Source: Phyllosticta citribraziliensis (lineage: Eukaryota). Taken from it: DNA of 64,000 bases. How positions within the stretch are numbered: the stretch's first letter is position 1; every line of letters begins with the position of its first letter. The position numbers were made by a program, and so were the translations under genes. The stretch covers positions 1,798,001 through 1,862,000 of the forward strand of contig NW_027117342.1 of the NCBI RefSeq assembly GCF_038025025.1, written 5' to 3'. Positions 35,167-48,000 of this stretch are shown here, piece by piece. The notes under the pieces were generated by a model. The model worked only from the letters and a program-made list of their open reading frames with translations, made no database searches and was not told the origin of the DNA.

Positions 35167-37179
35167 CTAGCAGGCGCTCACCAGGAACTTGAATTTCCCA
35201 GTCGCGTACATGTATACTGTTCCAGCGAGCACACTGACAGCACTCCACCAAATTGTGTTGTAGCTCACCTGCGTCTCTTCCACCACTCGGCCGACCTTTA
35301 GCTCTCCACTGACTATATCAGCCCCAGGCCCTTCCACAATGTAATCGCTCCACTTGACCTTTTCAATCTTCTTCTGATACTCGACTACGGTGCCGCTCCA
35401 GTTGTTGGTGACTCTTCCATCTTTTGTCTTGTACCAGCTGGAACAGTTTGGATCCGCAAAGGCCGACTTGCCGAGTCGATTCTGCAACTCGACGTTGAAC
35501 GCCCTGACAATCTCCGGCTTCGGTTGGATTGCCAACGTCTTCCCCTGCCTTCGACCATCTATGACGGTCTTGATCATTCCGGCAATGTATCGAGACTGCG
35601 CTTCAACCATCAGCACGATGCTATTGTGACCGAGGTTTGTGTTCGGCCCGTAAAGCATGCCGAAATTGGGCAGGCTCTCGACGGTAATGCCATAGTACCT
35701 AGTACTCGCTCCATCAGCAAATTTTCCCAGCCTTGTGCATCGTGCGTCCGACTTACGCCTGAGGGCCTTCCTTCCAAACGTCAGATAGGGAGCGTCCTCC
35801 CGAACCCACAACCTTGATTGGGTACATAAATTGCACGGACCGAAAGCCAGTCGCGTACACCACAAGGTCGAATTCCTTGTGATCGCCGCCTTCTACTTCG
35901 ATTCCAGTGCTCGACATGCGATTGATGTATCTAGTTTCGAGGTGGACATGCGGTTTCGCGAAGGATTTGAACCAGTCATCGGAGAAGACGGTGCGTTTAC
36001 AGCCCGGAGAGTACTTGGGGGTCAACTTATCCCACAGATCAGGTCGGTGGGGCAAATCGCGCTTGAGCATGACTTTAAACTGCTGTTCCACGTACAGCGA
36101 TGACCCAGACCAGGAGTTGTAGAGGGCTTCGTGAGATTCTTCTCTCCCGTCCATGATCACGGCCCTCTTTCTCCAACGGTACGGAGGGCACCAGCGGAAC
36201 AATGCGCGCCTGGACGCGGGAATTACAACGTCGTTTCGAGGAAGTATCCAGTTGGCCTGGCGTTGGAAAACGGTAAGTGATGAAGCAGTCTGCGCTACTT
36301 CAGGAATGAGCTGGATAGCGCTTGCGCCTCGAAGACAGTCAGCTGCTGGCCCAGGCTGCACGATCAGTCTTACCGTTTCCTATTACAGCGACACGCTTCC
36401 CTCGCAGATCATAGCTCGTATCCCACCTCGCCGAATGCATTGATTTGCCTTCAAAGTCGTCCATCCCAGGGATGACGGGATATTGTGGCGTGTTGAGTTG
36501 GCCGACTGCAGAAACCAGAAAATCGGATGAGATGGTGTAAGTCTCTATGAACCTGCCATCCGTTTCTCCCGCAACTCGGACAGTCGTCTTCCATTGCTTG
36601 TCGGAATCATTCCATCGTGCTTCTTCCACGGCAGTGTTCAAACGCATGTGGCGAAACAGGTCCCATTTTCTGGCGATGTTCTCAAGGTACGCCTGTAATT
36701 GTCAGATTTGCCCTCAGCATGGGATTCAACTTGTCGCACCTGGAGCTCCTCTTGCCCAGGATACGTCCGTGTCCAGTCCGGGTTTTGTTCGAATGAAAAC
36801 GAGTAGAGGTGGCTCCAAACTACAGTTGTCAGCGTTGTTGCAGATGAATCGTTCAGGCACGACCTACTATCGCAGGCGCACCCAGGATATTTGTTATCCC
36901 GCCTTGAAGGTCAGTCCAGCGTTTTCTAGTCTTGCCAAGGCTATCTTACCAAGTTCCACCACATCCACTGCCTTTCTCAAGAATGACGAAATCTCGACAT
37001 TGGCTCCGCTTGATCAAGTCTATCGCCAAGCAAATACCTAGACACTTGCTCAGTACTCTATTCCCGTTTTTCCGTGTCTCGTACTTACCAGACATTCCAG
37101 CGCCAATGATGACCACGGTCGCCCGTCTGAGGTCCGTGTTGGCCAAATTGACTCCAGGCCATGGTTTGGTTTCCGCCAT
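35167..37179 (-). CDS. Flavin-binding monooxygenase of Baeyer-Villiger type (multi-exon)
   Basis: VIIGAGMSG Rossmann motif, EKGSGCGGTW, BVMO fingerprint FEGKSMHSARWD, second Rossmann VIGNG/ASAIQ, PGCKR, ATGF, YGPNTNLGHNS and CSSWYK, spread over ORF pieces bounded by GT-AG introns. Confidence 0.9.
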
Positions 37180-38736
37180 TTCGAAGGTTGACGGCCAGGA
37201 CAACGCGGGGCCATGCAAAAAGCTGCGCGCAACGACTCTATTAAACAGACGCTGTGCCAACGGAATTGCCCTTCAGGGACTCTCAGCTCCCTGTCAAGAA
37301 ACAAGGATGTCATACTGCGAGGTCCTTGGACGGTATCCGAGAAAGTTGCTGCCCACCTTCCCTCCATTGCTCGACAGCTCAGTCCGTCTACATTTTGCCA
37401 AATCCAAAGTGGAAGGTTGGCTAGAAGCTTGTGTTGAAAGCGCGATCTAATCGTTTCATTCGGAAACGCTTGGCACAGGAGACGTAGGTGTACATGGAAC
37501 TCGCAACAGTTCTAGCAGCCTTCCAATTGCCGCGCCAGTGGCCGATTGGGGCAGTCTTGGCCGCACAGGTCAGTGACCTGGGAGACCCTGAAGCAGGTGA
37601 AGCACCTAGTTCTTGTTGCCGAAGTACGCTAAATCCGTTGAGCTCGGAGGTTTGCTGCGGATTTCCCGAGGTGTTGCGCCTGCTCTCTACATAGAGCCGC
37701 ACCATAGCGACATTGTGCGCGGGCTTACTGGTTGATTCGCAGCAGTCGCATGCTCCTTGCGCCATCTCACACGTCCTAGATGATGGGCGAGAGGCAGCGA
37801 GCAGACGGGCCAGAGTGGAACACAAGACGACCGACAAGATGCCATGAGGAACTTGAGTGCTTGTGCAAATCTACGTCTGACGACACGTACTTGGTCTGCG
37901 CCACTGCCATGGAGAGTTCCGAGAATCCATTTGCGAGGAGCAGTCAAGTGCAAAAATGACGATCGTCTATTTTTGTACTCGAGAACCTCGGTCATTCCAG
38001 ATATCCACACGGGTCGGCGAATCGTTGTGCAGGCCCTTGAGATTCGCTCATTGTATCAAATGAGGAGTGCAAAAATCGTTGACCTGATAGAGGCCGTCAT
38101 GGAATAGGCAAGGGATGTGGGTTACGTGGTGCATGCACCTTCTGAAGCCGTTGTAAGCTTGAAACTAAGTCTAAAACAGGAGGTGTACAGCGCGCAGGGA
38201 AGCTTCATCCTCGGAAAGGCCACCACCACCAAGACAAATTCGTTTTTGTTGGTTTTCGCTTGTACTCCATCAATTCATGATCCAGTAGCTTTCTGTGTCT
38301 GAAAGAGATGTGAATGCTGGCTCGAGATTATTCTGCTCTGTCCGGAAACATGATGCGACTCGACCCTGCGATGTCACTGCATGTTTGACACATTCGGGGG
38401 TTCCGATGCTTCCCGACGGCCTCAGAAGTTCGGAGGCCCGAGATCCCACAACGAAAAGTACGCTGCTGACACGTCTTGATGTATGATGGATGATGTACAG
38501 TTACCAAGCGCAGAGAGAATTAAAAGTGAACATATCCCAAACACATTTGGGCATGCTAACAGTCGGCCATGGAGGCCTGAAGGCCGGACATACCGCGAAT
38601 AAAACCTCCGCTGGTGACGTCCCGACAGAGGTTGGAACATGCAACAGGTCGAAGAGTTGGAATATTCGAAGGCTGTTCATCTTTTAATATTCGTGGCTTT
38701 ACAGGACGAAAAGATTCGGAGAAAACCAAGAAGTGC

Positions 38737-40325
38737 TCAAAAACCACGATCGCGACGCCACTGCTCCTCCCAACCAGGGAAATAGGGGTATTCCTCCAGC
38801 GTATGCACCTCCCAATCCTCCGGAACCAGGCCCTTCTCGATCTGCTCCTTCTCGTACGCCTTCAACGCCGGGCGTGTTACGTGCTCGGTGTGCCATGTGT
38901 TTTTGTACTTCATCAGGCTCTCCTTTCCTTCACTCAAGATCTTGAGCACGATTGAGGGGATGTAGGGCTCGTCGCGGAACTTGGTCACCGGCGTGAACAG
39001 AGCCTTGAAGTTGAAGACGACAGCGCCAGAGAGGGGCAGCCTGCGCAGAGTCTGCCAGTCTATGCGCAGGTGGATGCGCGAAATGTCCACATTCGGATCC
39101 TGGACATCACGGTAGGCCTCGTGTGGGTCTCCTGCGGGCATGTACAACGGCTGGTCTACCTCAAGACCCCAAGAGCCGCGCTGGATGGCCTTGTCCGTTG
39201 GCTTCTTAGCAAAGTATCTGTGGCTTGGTCAGAAAAGCTTCGCCCGTTTCCAACAAGGATGCCGAGACTTACCTGTCCATGGAAAATGACATCTTCTCCT
39301 TGTAGTCAGGAATGGGTTCGTGGATGGCGTCTAATCGCAGGCCCGCCTTGCTTCCCAAGTCCCATCCCAGCGAGCTGCAAACTACGCCGCAGCGAAGGAA
39401 GTAGAAACCCGTCTCGGGATCTCTCAGGACCATGGCAAAGTCCTCTGGAACGTTGTTCATGAGAACCTCCAGGGGATTTTCCTTCTTTAGGTCCGCCTTT
39501 GTCTTAAGAATCCCGTTATAAAACACCATCTCCTTCTTGTCGAGCCGGAAATATTGCGGATACCTGTGGACGAGGAATTCGAGAGCCATCTCCATGAGTT
39601 CTTTGCAGGCTAGCTCCCCACCCGGTAGACAGTCGAGCACTCGATTTCCGACCCTGGAGTAAATTTCCTGTCGTTGCTTGATGCGCTCAGCGTAAGTGTC
39701 TTCGAGCTCCAGCCAATGGTCGCTGTCCAGTTTGCTAAGTGCTGCGTACAGTCAGAGATCGATCGAAGTACTCGAAGGCAATTCACTCACACATGGTCTG
39801 GTGGTACGCCCAACGGAACGGCCTGTATGGTCGGGGCTTCGCCTTGTTGATATCAAATTCGGGCCATGCTTTCGGTAAAGGAACGCCGCTAAGCTTTTCG
39901 TAGTCGGGAAAGTCGCCCAGCGCCTTGATTTCTTCAGACGAGAAGCCGGTAGCGGTGTACACAGTCCGATCCGTGGTCAAGATATTTTCATCGAGCGCCT
40001 GGGGAGTCATGGCACTCGGTTCGTCGGCCAGCTTGTGCACTGGTTTTCCCAATTTTTCGGAAAGAGCTGATGCCGCGTCGAGCTCAGCGAGTACGAAGCG
40101 GCGCGACGGCGGAAAGGTGGTGGAGTAGTCTGGCTTCCCGCCATTGTTGTTCGCTTTCTTTTCCGGCGACAGTGATCTCGGGGGTGTGCCAGCACTGGAA
40201 TTGCGCCGCCGAGTGATTCCAAGTCGGTAAAGAAGAATGTCGCGTTGCTTTTGGCCTGATGCAAAGTATACCGCTGATGAGAGGAGAAAGGCCAGGCCCA
40301 GAGCAAGAAGCAAGAAGCCGCCCAT
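38737..40325 (-). CDS. DUF3445 / heme-dependent oxidative N-demethylase alpha-subunit-like (HRQ family) protein with an N-terminal TM (multi-exon)
   Basis: PRPYRPFRWAYHQTM, WLELE, PEDFAMV...GVVCSSLGW...IHEPIPDYKEKMSFSMDR and LRIDWQTLRRLPLSGAVVFNFKALFTP, separated by canonical introns. Confidence 0.8.
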
Positions 40326-41143
40326 GGTGTCGCGCAACGAACGGAACGCGTTTGCTGGAGTGTAAGAAAAATCAGGCAGGCGACCGGATTGACACTGCTG
40401 CAGGAGCTTCCTAGATTGACCAGGGCAAGCTGAGACTTGGAGCGATCATGTAGCTTCCAAGATCAAGTCTATATACTGGTCAACGCTGCGCGCGCAGACA
40501 GCTTTCTTATCGCAGCGGGATGCGGGGCGCTGGAGAAGGCACAAGATACGACCGAGGGGCAACTTGCAAAAGGGAAAAGTAAATCGGGTCGAATGACATG
40601 CTTCTGAGCTTTCCGCAGAGGGCATGTAGACAAGATATCGACAAGGAAACGTGGGCGTGGATTTGCTATCCGCAAAAGGGCCAACCGCCAGAGCAGTCCG
40701 TCTCGCACACCCGCCTCCCCATTCGGCCTAGCTCTGCACAATGGCGCTAGGCCCCGTTTGGTATACATTTCCCCCGGATCTCGCATTGCTCCAGAATCCC
40801 CCCCCGTGACTTGGACACCCAAAGCCGCCTGCGTCTGCTTTGCTTGCGTGCGGGTGGCTGTCTGTCCTTCTTATCTCAAGGCCTCCGACCCGTTCTGTCG
40901 ACCGCGACCCCTCGAATTGCCACATACGGCCAAAATTCCCGCCGTCGGTGTACACAACGTCTCAAACGGACCTCTCTCCAGCTTGCTGTCATCACCGGGA
41001 TACGTAACTAAGCCTCTTGCGATGTTGCGCAAGCATAGCTGCCGCAACCTTATCGATTGGCCACAGGTGCCTGTGGCTTGACCTTCCGCGGTATGATGCC
41101 ACCGCTTTGACCAACCCACTCAGGCTCCCCGAGTCGACGCACC

Positions 41144-42223
41144 ATGAAACTGCCCTCATGTCAAGGCACGCGAGAGCCAGCACAAAAACCGGTCGGCGAC
41201 CTGGCCTTCGCACTCAAAGTGACGACTCCGTACCGTTCGAGACTTCCGGCACCCGTCGTCAAAGACGCCATTGTGGATCTGAGCCGGACACCATGGAAGA
41301 GTGGAGACGACAGCGCAAGCGCTCACCGCGAGAAGCTCGTTCCCCCTTCAAAAGCGTCGGACTGCGCCTCCTCGCACGCGTCGTGTTTCCTTCCTGATCT
41401 TTGACATTGTCTTCTCAGAAAGCCAGCGCTTTTCTGGTGTGGACGCTCTGCGTGACCAACGAGACTCTATTTCCATCCAAGCACGCGACATTTCATCATG
41501 CATCCGGCATCAATTGTACGCCCGCCGCTTCAAGACCGCGAGAAATCATTCTCCCACTGCAGTCCGAGCCCGCCAGGCGTTGCACCTGTGTCCCACGAGC
41601 CGTTCCTGTCGCCACTTTTCCCGCCAAAACAGCACGATTATGTCAAAGAGCAAACCCCCTTCTACCGCCTCGAACTTTTGCAACAGACCGATTCTGACGA
41701 CTGCTCCTCCATCGATGCAACTGAGCCGAAAGGACTCTCCAGATCTCGCGTCTTTGACTCCATCCTACGCCTCAAGGATGCCCGTTTCCTCGACGCGCAA
41801 GCCATGGGCCAGAGCGTGGTGATTGGGGCGGTAAAGATTGCCCACGCCCTCGAACGAGCGAGGCGCCTCTTGTCCAAACGCGATATCCAAGAGCGAAGGC
41901 GCGCTCGCAAGCGCGCTGCGGCCGCAAAGTCAAAAGAAAGCGCCGCGGAGATGACCACTTTTGAACTTGCATCGTTGTCTCCAGAGGCCCTCGAACCGTC
42001 GCTGCAAACACCGTCACCAGAAGCAGCGGCGGCGTCACCGGCTGAGGAGCACCAACAGGATGCCGAGGCGTCGTGGGCAGGCCAGTCGCCTGCGAAGCGC
42101 AGTACGCTAGTCGAGCTCTTTGCGGGCAAAAAACCGCCGCGCCGGGACTCGGTCCTGGATCTTGGATTCGAGCTTGCCGACCTGCATGAATGTGTCCCGT
42201 CGCCAGCTTCGCAGGGTGATTGA
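41144..42223 (+). CDS. Hypothetical protein; 5' structure uncertain (ORF 41498..42223, possibly with an upstream exon from 41144)
   Basis: 241-aa ORF with a plausible helical/basic segment (AHALERARRLLSKRDIQERRRARKR). No known motif. Confidence 0.4.
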
Positions 42224-42517
42224 GCGGCGCGGCGGTGGCTCACGGATCCCAACCCCAGATTGAGAAGTCACAAGAGAAGACAAGACTTGTGCCGGGCTTT
42301 GTGGAAGAGGATCACATTTCGCCGCTCTCCCGCATCTGCGACTAAGCTCTCGACAGCGGCACGAAAGGTCGAAATGCGATGCACCTGACTTTGCTGGAAA
42401 GAGTAGATCGTGTTCTGTCTCTCAGGCTGACTTGCTCGCGACTTGGAATCAGATCCACCTGAAAACCACGTTCGTGTCCAGAGCTCCGATCAGGTTGAGG
42501 ATGGTACTTTTTGCGAA

Positions 42518-43465
42518 TCAGAATCGCCTGTGTCCGCTACAGCCGATCATCAAGCGTCACAAAATCTCCAGCCTCGGACCCTCTGACTTTACTCTTATCC
42601 TTTCTCGTGTTGAACGGTCTCAGGGACAAACTGATCTCCCACGGTTGCTTTCTTCAAGTACATCAACTCCACCGGGTGTTCGTGTACGGCCTCAAGGGCA
42701 ATAGGAGTGTCGAAACTTCTTTCTTAGGGAAGGAAAGAGGGCCCCATGAGTCTGGCGCACGAAAACCGCTTTTGGTGTGGTTCTGAAGGGAGTCGTCCCC
42801 AGCAGTCGCGGTCGACAGGGGGGCGAGATCCGTCCTCTAGCTACAGAAAACTATCCACAATGATGTAGAGGCGCTCCGCGGTCCCAGAAGATGACAATTG
42901 AGCGATGACGAAGAATCCCGTCTTTTCCCAGTTATCCGAGTTCTTGTACTTTTCACCCTCTTCAGAGGAAAGGAGCCTCTTTTTTGTCGCATGACCACGA
43001 CATGAGTTCGCCGAGTGGGTGGGCTACGAAGCAGTCGTTGCCGACGTCATCTAATTTTGCAGGACTCGCGGTGCGCCGAGATCCAGTCTGAGGCGCGACT
43101 TTGGTGTTCACACCTAGGAATTCATCAAATTCATGATGGAGCCGATAAAGGGCATTATTAGTAGATCCCAAAGGGACCCAAGGAACAGCATTCTTGTCAA
43201 CAGCTGCTTCCAACTGACCGTAATCTCGAATGTTCCCGGAGGAGAAGAAGTTGAGGCGTTCAAACTTTGTCACGAAGAAATCGCGCGTGACTGGGATGTA
43301 AGAAGACTGAAGATCCGCACTACTTTGCCCAAGAGTGACTTCATCCAAGTATGCCTTTCTCTCAGCAGGGTCTGGCGCGAATTGATGAAGTCTGTTCCAT
43401 GCTTGCGAGGGTGGGTATTTTGCCAGCTGGGCTCGATTTTCTGCCCAACGCGGATTTTCAGCCAT
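42518..43465 (-). pseudogene. Orphan-family copy D, pseudogene
   Basis: Frame 1 has VPWVPLGSTNNALYRL, FLGVNT and HPLGELMSW. After a frameshift near 42970 it reads WEKTGFFVIAQL..RLYII, then an in-frame TAG (42841-42843), then RFSCARL. After a second frameshift near 42725 it reads HPVELMYL..ETVQHEKG. The terminal intron donor reads AT instead of GT. Confidence 0.85.
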
Positions 43466-44392
43466 CGTAACAGCCGAGAGAGTATTGACTTGGAGAAGAT
43501 CGAGTGCGGGCAATCATTGATGGCTTATCTAGGTCTGTCAGGAGAGGTGGTTGAGTTTATATAGATTATGGAGACAAACCTTCATGAGTCATACACGACT
43601 GCTATGCCAAACATGGAATGGTCCAAAGGGATTCGCTGGGTGCTACGTAAGTCCGCAAATCACTGAAGTGTTGGATTCTTGGGCCGGTGACCAATTCATC
43701 AACGTCGACCCGTCGTCCCACACGTGAGCGCCGGAATCCGCCCGCCAATTTTTCTTTTTCCTGTGCTGAATGTGTGTCAAAATGGTTCGCGTCTCCCTCC
43801 TCCTCCCACTTCTTACCATGGAACCGGGAAGAAAACAGGTAGCTTCTCTTAATCAGGGTCGACGATGTCCGGACGTTGGCAGCCACCTCGGCACAAGGTC
43901 TAGAGATGTCTTATTGTTCCGTCTCCGCTAGACGCGATATGGAACAAGACACACGGCGCGATGGATATCGAAAGAACTTAGACCTCCTAGCAGTATAGGC
44001 GCGTCTAGAGAGCGTTCGTTCGCTCCTATAATTGTCCTCAAGGAGCATTCATTTGCTACTTACGCCTGTGCTTAAGAAGCATCCACTTTACCACTGTAGT
44101 TGCACTTAGGACGCAGTAATTCATTGCCGTAGCCAGACCGTGGCAGTTTCATTCTTTTGACACCCACTGTTGACGGAGTGGTCTGGCTTTGTAGATCTTG
44201 AAGTTTTTTAAGTGAACAGAAAACAATCTCTTTTTGAAGAAACAAAAGACATCCAATTTACGTAGATAGCAAACGAACACAACCGCAGCGAGGGCGCCAG
44301 AACCCACACAAATGTACCAATCAGTCACGTAACACGATGGACCCAATTCCCTGAGGCTTCAATATTCCACCTCTCAACTTGCCACCAGCCCC

Positions 44393-45964
44393 TCAAAGCG
44401 TCACGACAATCTTCTTTGCACTGACTCCTTGCTGCAGTACGTCAAAGCCTTTCTGAATGCTTTCCAGCCCGTGTCCGACGACCTGCGGGTCCGGTTTGGC
44501 CTGCAGCACACCGGCCGCCAGAGCCTCGGGGACGAAGCGACCCCAGATGGCTTCGGCGATGTCTGCGTACTTGGGCAGGCCGAGATTCAAGGCCAAGACT
44601 GTAAGGTCCAAAGTCAGCTGGTCAGTTGTGAGAAAGGCAGGGGTGGTATTCTTATTTGGGGCCGGAGAAAGGGGGCTCTGGATGGAGCAAGAGAGAAGAC
44701 GGCGAACGCACCCCACGTCATAACGGCAGACCCCTTGAGGCTCTCTGGCGGCGGATGCGTCGTCGCAACCTTCGTACTAGGCGGCAAACCCGCCTTAGCC
44801 ACGATGCGCGCAATGGTCTCCAAGGTGTCAGGGCTGGAAATGGCGTCGATGGCGCCAACAAACGGCGCGCCTTCTTTATCCGCTGCATTCTTAATCGCGG
44901 CGGCGACGGCAGCCTCGACGTCAGCCGCGGCGTAGTCGAGCACCACGTCTGCCCCCAAGTTGCGCGCGTAGGCGGCGTTGCGCGTAGACGCCGTCGTCAA
45001 GACGTGCAGACCGGACGCTTTGGCGAGCTGGATGGCGGAGGAGCCGACGGACGACGCGCCGCCCCAGATGAGAATGGTCTGCTTTTTGAAGCCCGATTGC
45101 GGCGGCGAGACAGTCGGGAGCGGCAGCGCGAGGTGGTCGGACATGTATAGGGCTGAGGCGGCAGTGCTGGTGGCGAGGGGCAGCACGACGGCGTTCTCGA
45201 ATGGCAATCCGTCGGGGACGGGCGCTGTGAGGGTCTCGAGGCCACACGCGTAGTATTGGAAGGCCGCCATCTCGGGCTTGCCGGTTTGGAAGGCGGCAGA
45301 GAAGCTGTGCCGTGGGAAATGTAGAGTTAGCTACCTCTCGACAAAAAAGTCCCAGAAATGCATTTTCCTCAAGGGACATAGGGCCAGAAGACGAGAAGAT
45401 TGATGTCGCGATGCCCGGACCTTGACGATGCTGCATGAGACTGAAAGAGGGAGCATTCGTACCTGATGACTCGCTGTCCCTTTTTGAACCGCGTCACGCC
45501 CTCGCCGACGTCCTCAACCACGCCGGCAATGTCACCGCCCAGGATATTGGGATACTCTTGGAGGAAAATGCCTTCAACTTCGTCAGCTAACAACTCCTCA
45601 GCGCCCTGCAGAAACGAAACACCAAGTCTGTCTCAAAACCTTCATCGGGCAATCAACATTGTCGAAACTTGGTGTCCTCGAGAGACAGCTGCCCGCGTGG
45701 ATCTGCCTATTGCAGACGGTCAGACTCACCGAGCTCTTGGATCTTGCAGTCAATGGGCTGGCGGCGTAGAGTTAGCATGACAGTAGCATACGGAAGAAAA
45801 CCTGGTAGGAATGAGGTCAGGTCAGCACATACGTTGATAGCGACGGCCGCATTCTTGATCAAGATTTCTCCAATATCAGGAGTAGGGAAAGGGGCGTCGG
45901 AAACCTTCAACGGCTTCTCCTTTGGGCCAGTGAGCCAAGCTGCTTTGTTCTGAGGGTTCGTCAT
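44393..45964 (-). CDS. MDR-superfamily NAD(P)-dependent oxidoreductase (CipB/enoyl-reductase-like), multi-exon
   Basis: NKAAWL...EILIKNAAVAIN|PID, YPNILGGDIAGVV..VGEGVTRFKKGQRV, AAFQYY, ILIWGGASSVGSSAIQLAK, LGADVVLDY and GVSAKKIVVTL. Confidence 0.9.
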
Positions 45965-47849
45965 GATGAATAGAATGAAGATGAAAGAAGCTGAGTGCCC
46001 GACGACCCATCCCCTTCCATCTCCATGCCTTTTATAATCTGAGCTCTGCCCCTGCCGGTACTAGTCGCTGTCAAAAGTCCTGACCTGTATGCGCGCGGCG
46101 GGGTCAAGACAGAACCGAGATCCGCAGGTCCGCTGATAAATTGTCTTCTGAGTTCATTTTCCCGCCAGGTAATTGACAATGTGGAGGATTGTCGCGGCAG
46201 GCGGTGACGCGCGTGCCGGCCAGGTGTGTCGTTTTGGTCGATAGGGTCATTCCACTCTGGGCAAGAGTAGTGGGGCTCGCAAACCGTTGTGGCCAGTCGT
46301 ATGTATCAAATGGTCGAATCGTACATGGAACCTCCTTGGTTTCATCGTTTGGCCCAGTCGTTTTTGATGTGCGCATTGCGGCTCCGTTCCGCGTCTTTGC
46401 ATCTTCAACGGAGGAGATCTTTGCGGCCAGTAGCGATGAAAAGAGGTGGTAAGAAACAGGTAGACCTGAAAATCCCAACGCTATGAGCAATTCCACGTCC
46501 TCACTTAATGCGCTTGGACAGGTCGACTTGCAGATAAGCATGGTCTCAAATGACCCTGCATGGTAGAGGATTGATATATCTGATTGGTATTCTGGGGTTT
46601 TTGGATGAAGTCCCTTTGCAAGCTTGTTAATAAACGCAGATCCGCTTTGTGTAGCTGGTATTCACGATGACACTTGGATCTCTCTCCTTTGGCTATCCGG
46701 TCGCATGTGGACGATGGTGTTTTCATGCATGAGCTAGAAATTGTGATTAGTTTCTAGAAGCTTGCCCTGTTCGTGCAGGTATTTCCGCCCCAAAGGCATG
46801 GGAAAGCATGCTCGGACAGGTCAAGGTCTAGGGCAACAGGTGCTTTAGCCGCAATTCCGCGTCTGGATTACAACGCAACAAGTCGCTGACAATAACAAGA
46901 CCCCGAGCTGCGGCAAGCGGGCGTCCGAGGTCGGTGAAGCCGATAGCATACCGACAGACGGGAAACGAAGGGTCCGACGCAACACCCCGAAAGTCCGCCA
47001 GGTTGCTGACATATCATCAGCGGAAACTTGGTGTCTGTTGCACCGCTAAGAGCCGCCGACGTTTCTTAGCGTATTCGTCAGTTCCGCGCGGCGGCCTCCA
47101 TGTTCGTGTTTTGCAATTGTCAGCGGCGTGGGCCAATGCCAAGTCCACTCTGAAGGCTAAAGCGAGAAGGTGGGATTCAAAAATAGAAAAGAACACATGG
47201 TTCGACAATGACATTTTGGACACGCTACAAGAAGACGTTGAAGTTGGTCCGATTGATAGGCAGACATCAAACCAAGAACCACTCGTCCACTCACATCGAG
47301 CCGCGGGAGCTGCACATTGCGCAATCGCAGGGCTTCGTGTCTCAGGGAGAAACACGCAGAACGAACGAGGCGGGTGCAGCATAGTGGGCGGATTTTATCT
47401 TTGGGTTGAACGAAGCTTCGAGGCTGGAGAAGAGGCGTTGAGGACGGGCGAGTCGGAATGGTGCATGTGAGTGAGCTTGTCGGTCCGCGCCTTTCCCAAA
47501 TGCGATTCAACAGGATCCGCATTGCCCGCAGTGATTGCCGCTGCCTGTCTGCCTGCCTGCCCGTCTGCCGGCGCAGAATAAGCTTGACTCAGCTGCTGTG
47601 CGGCAAGCTTTTGGGGTCGGTATATACCGCCGTGTACCGCCGGACGCCGCAGCTGAAGCGCATTCTGACAATGGCCATGGCAGCTGTCAGTAGCCGTCTA
47701 GCGGGGGGTCTGAGCTGGTGAATGACCCTCTTGGTGTGTCAAAAGTGCTCCCGGGGGATTCGGCATTGTCGCAGGTCGCTGACAGGTGTGGAGACACAGA
47801 CAAAATGCCATCTGACTGCTTCGTCCAGGCGACATGGAAATCCTCCAAC

Positions 47850-48000
47850 ACGAGCAGCGGGCCGGCCGTCTGTAGGGACGGCAATCTGGGTTGCTGGCAC
47901 GACGCGCACGCGGAACGGCTCTTCGGCTGCTTGACGGCCATGCTGCGGCTCAAGCTTTCATGTGCGGCCTTTGATGCAGCGGCCTTGCAGGTTTTGTGAA
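47850..48000 (-). pseudogene. Possible short-chain dehydrogenase relic
   Basis: AASKAAHESLSRSMAV followed, after a frameshift, by EEPFRVRVV resembles the SDR YxxSK...E..PFGIRV segment. No Rossmann motif was found. Confidence 0.25.

Noticed and set aside
46934..47470. 178-aa + strand ORF
   Set aside because: Non-ATG start and no motif; cannot be supported as a gene.
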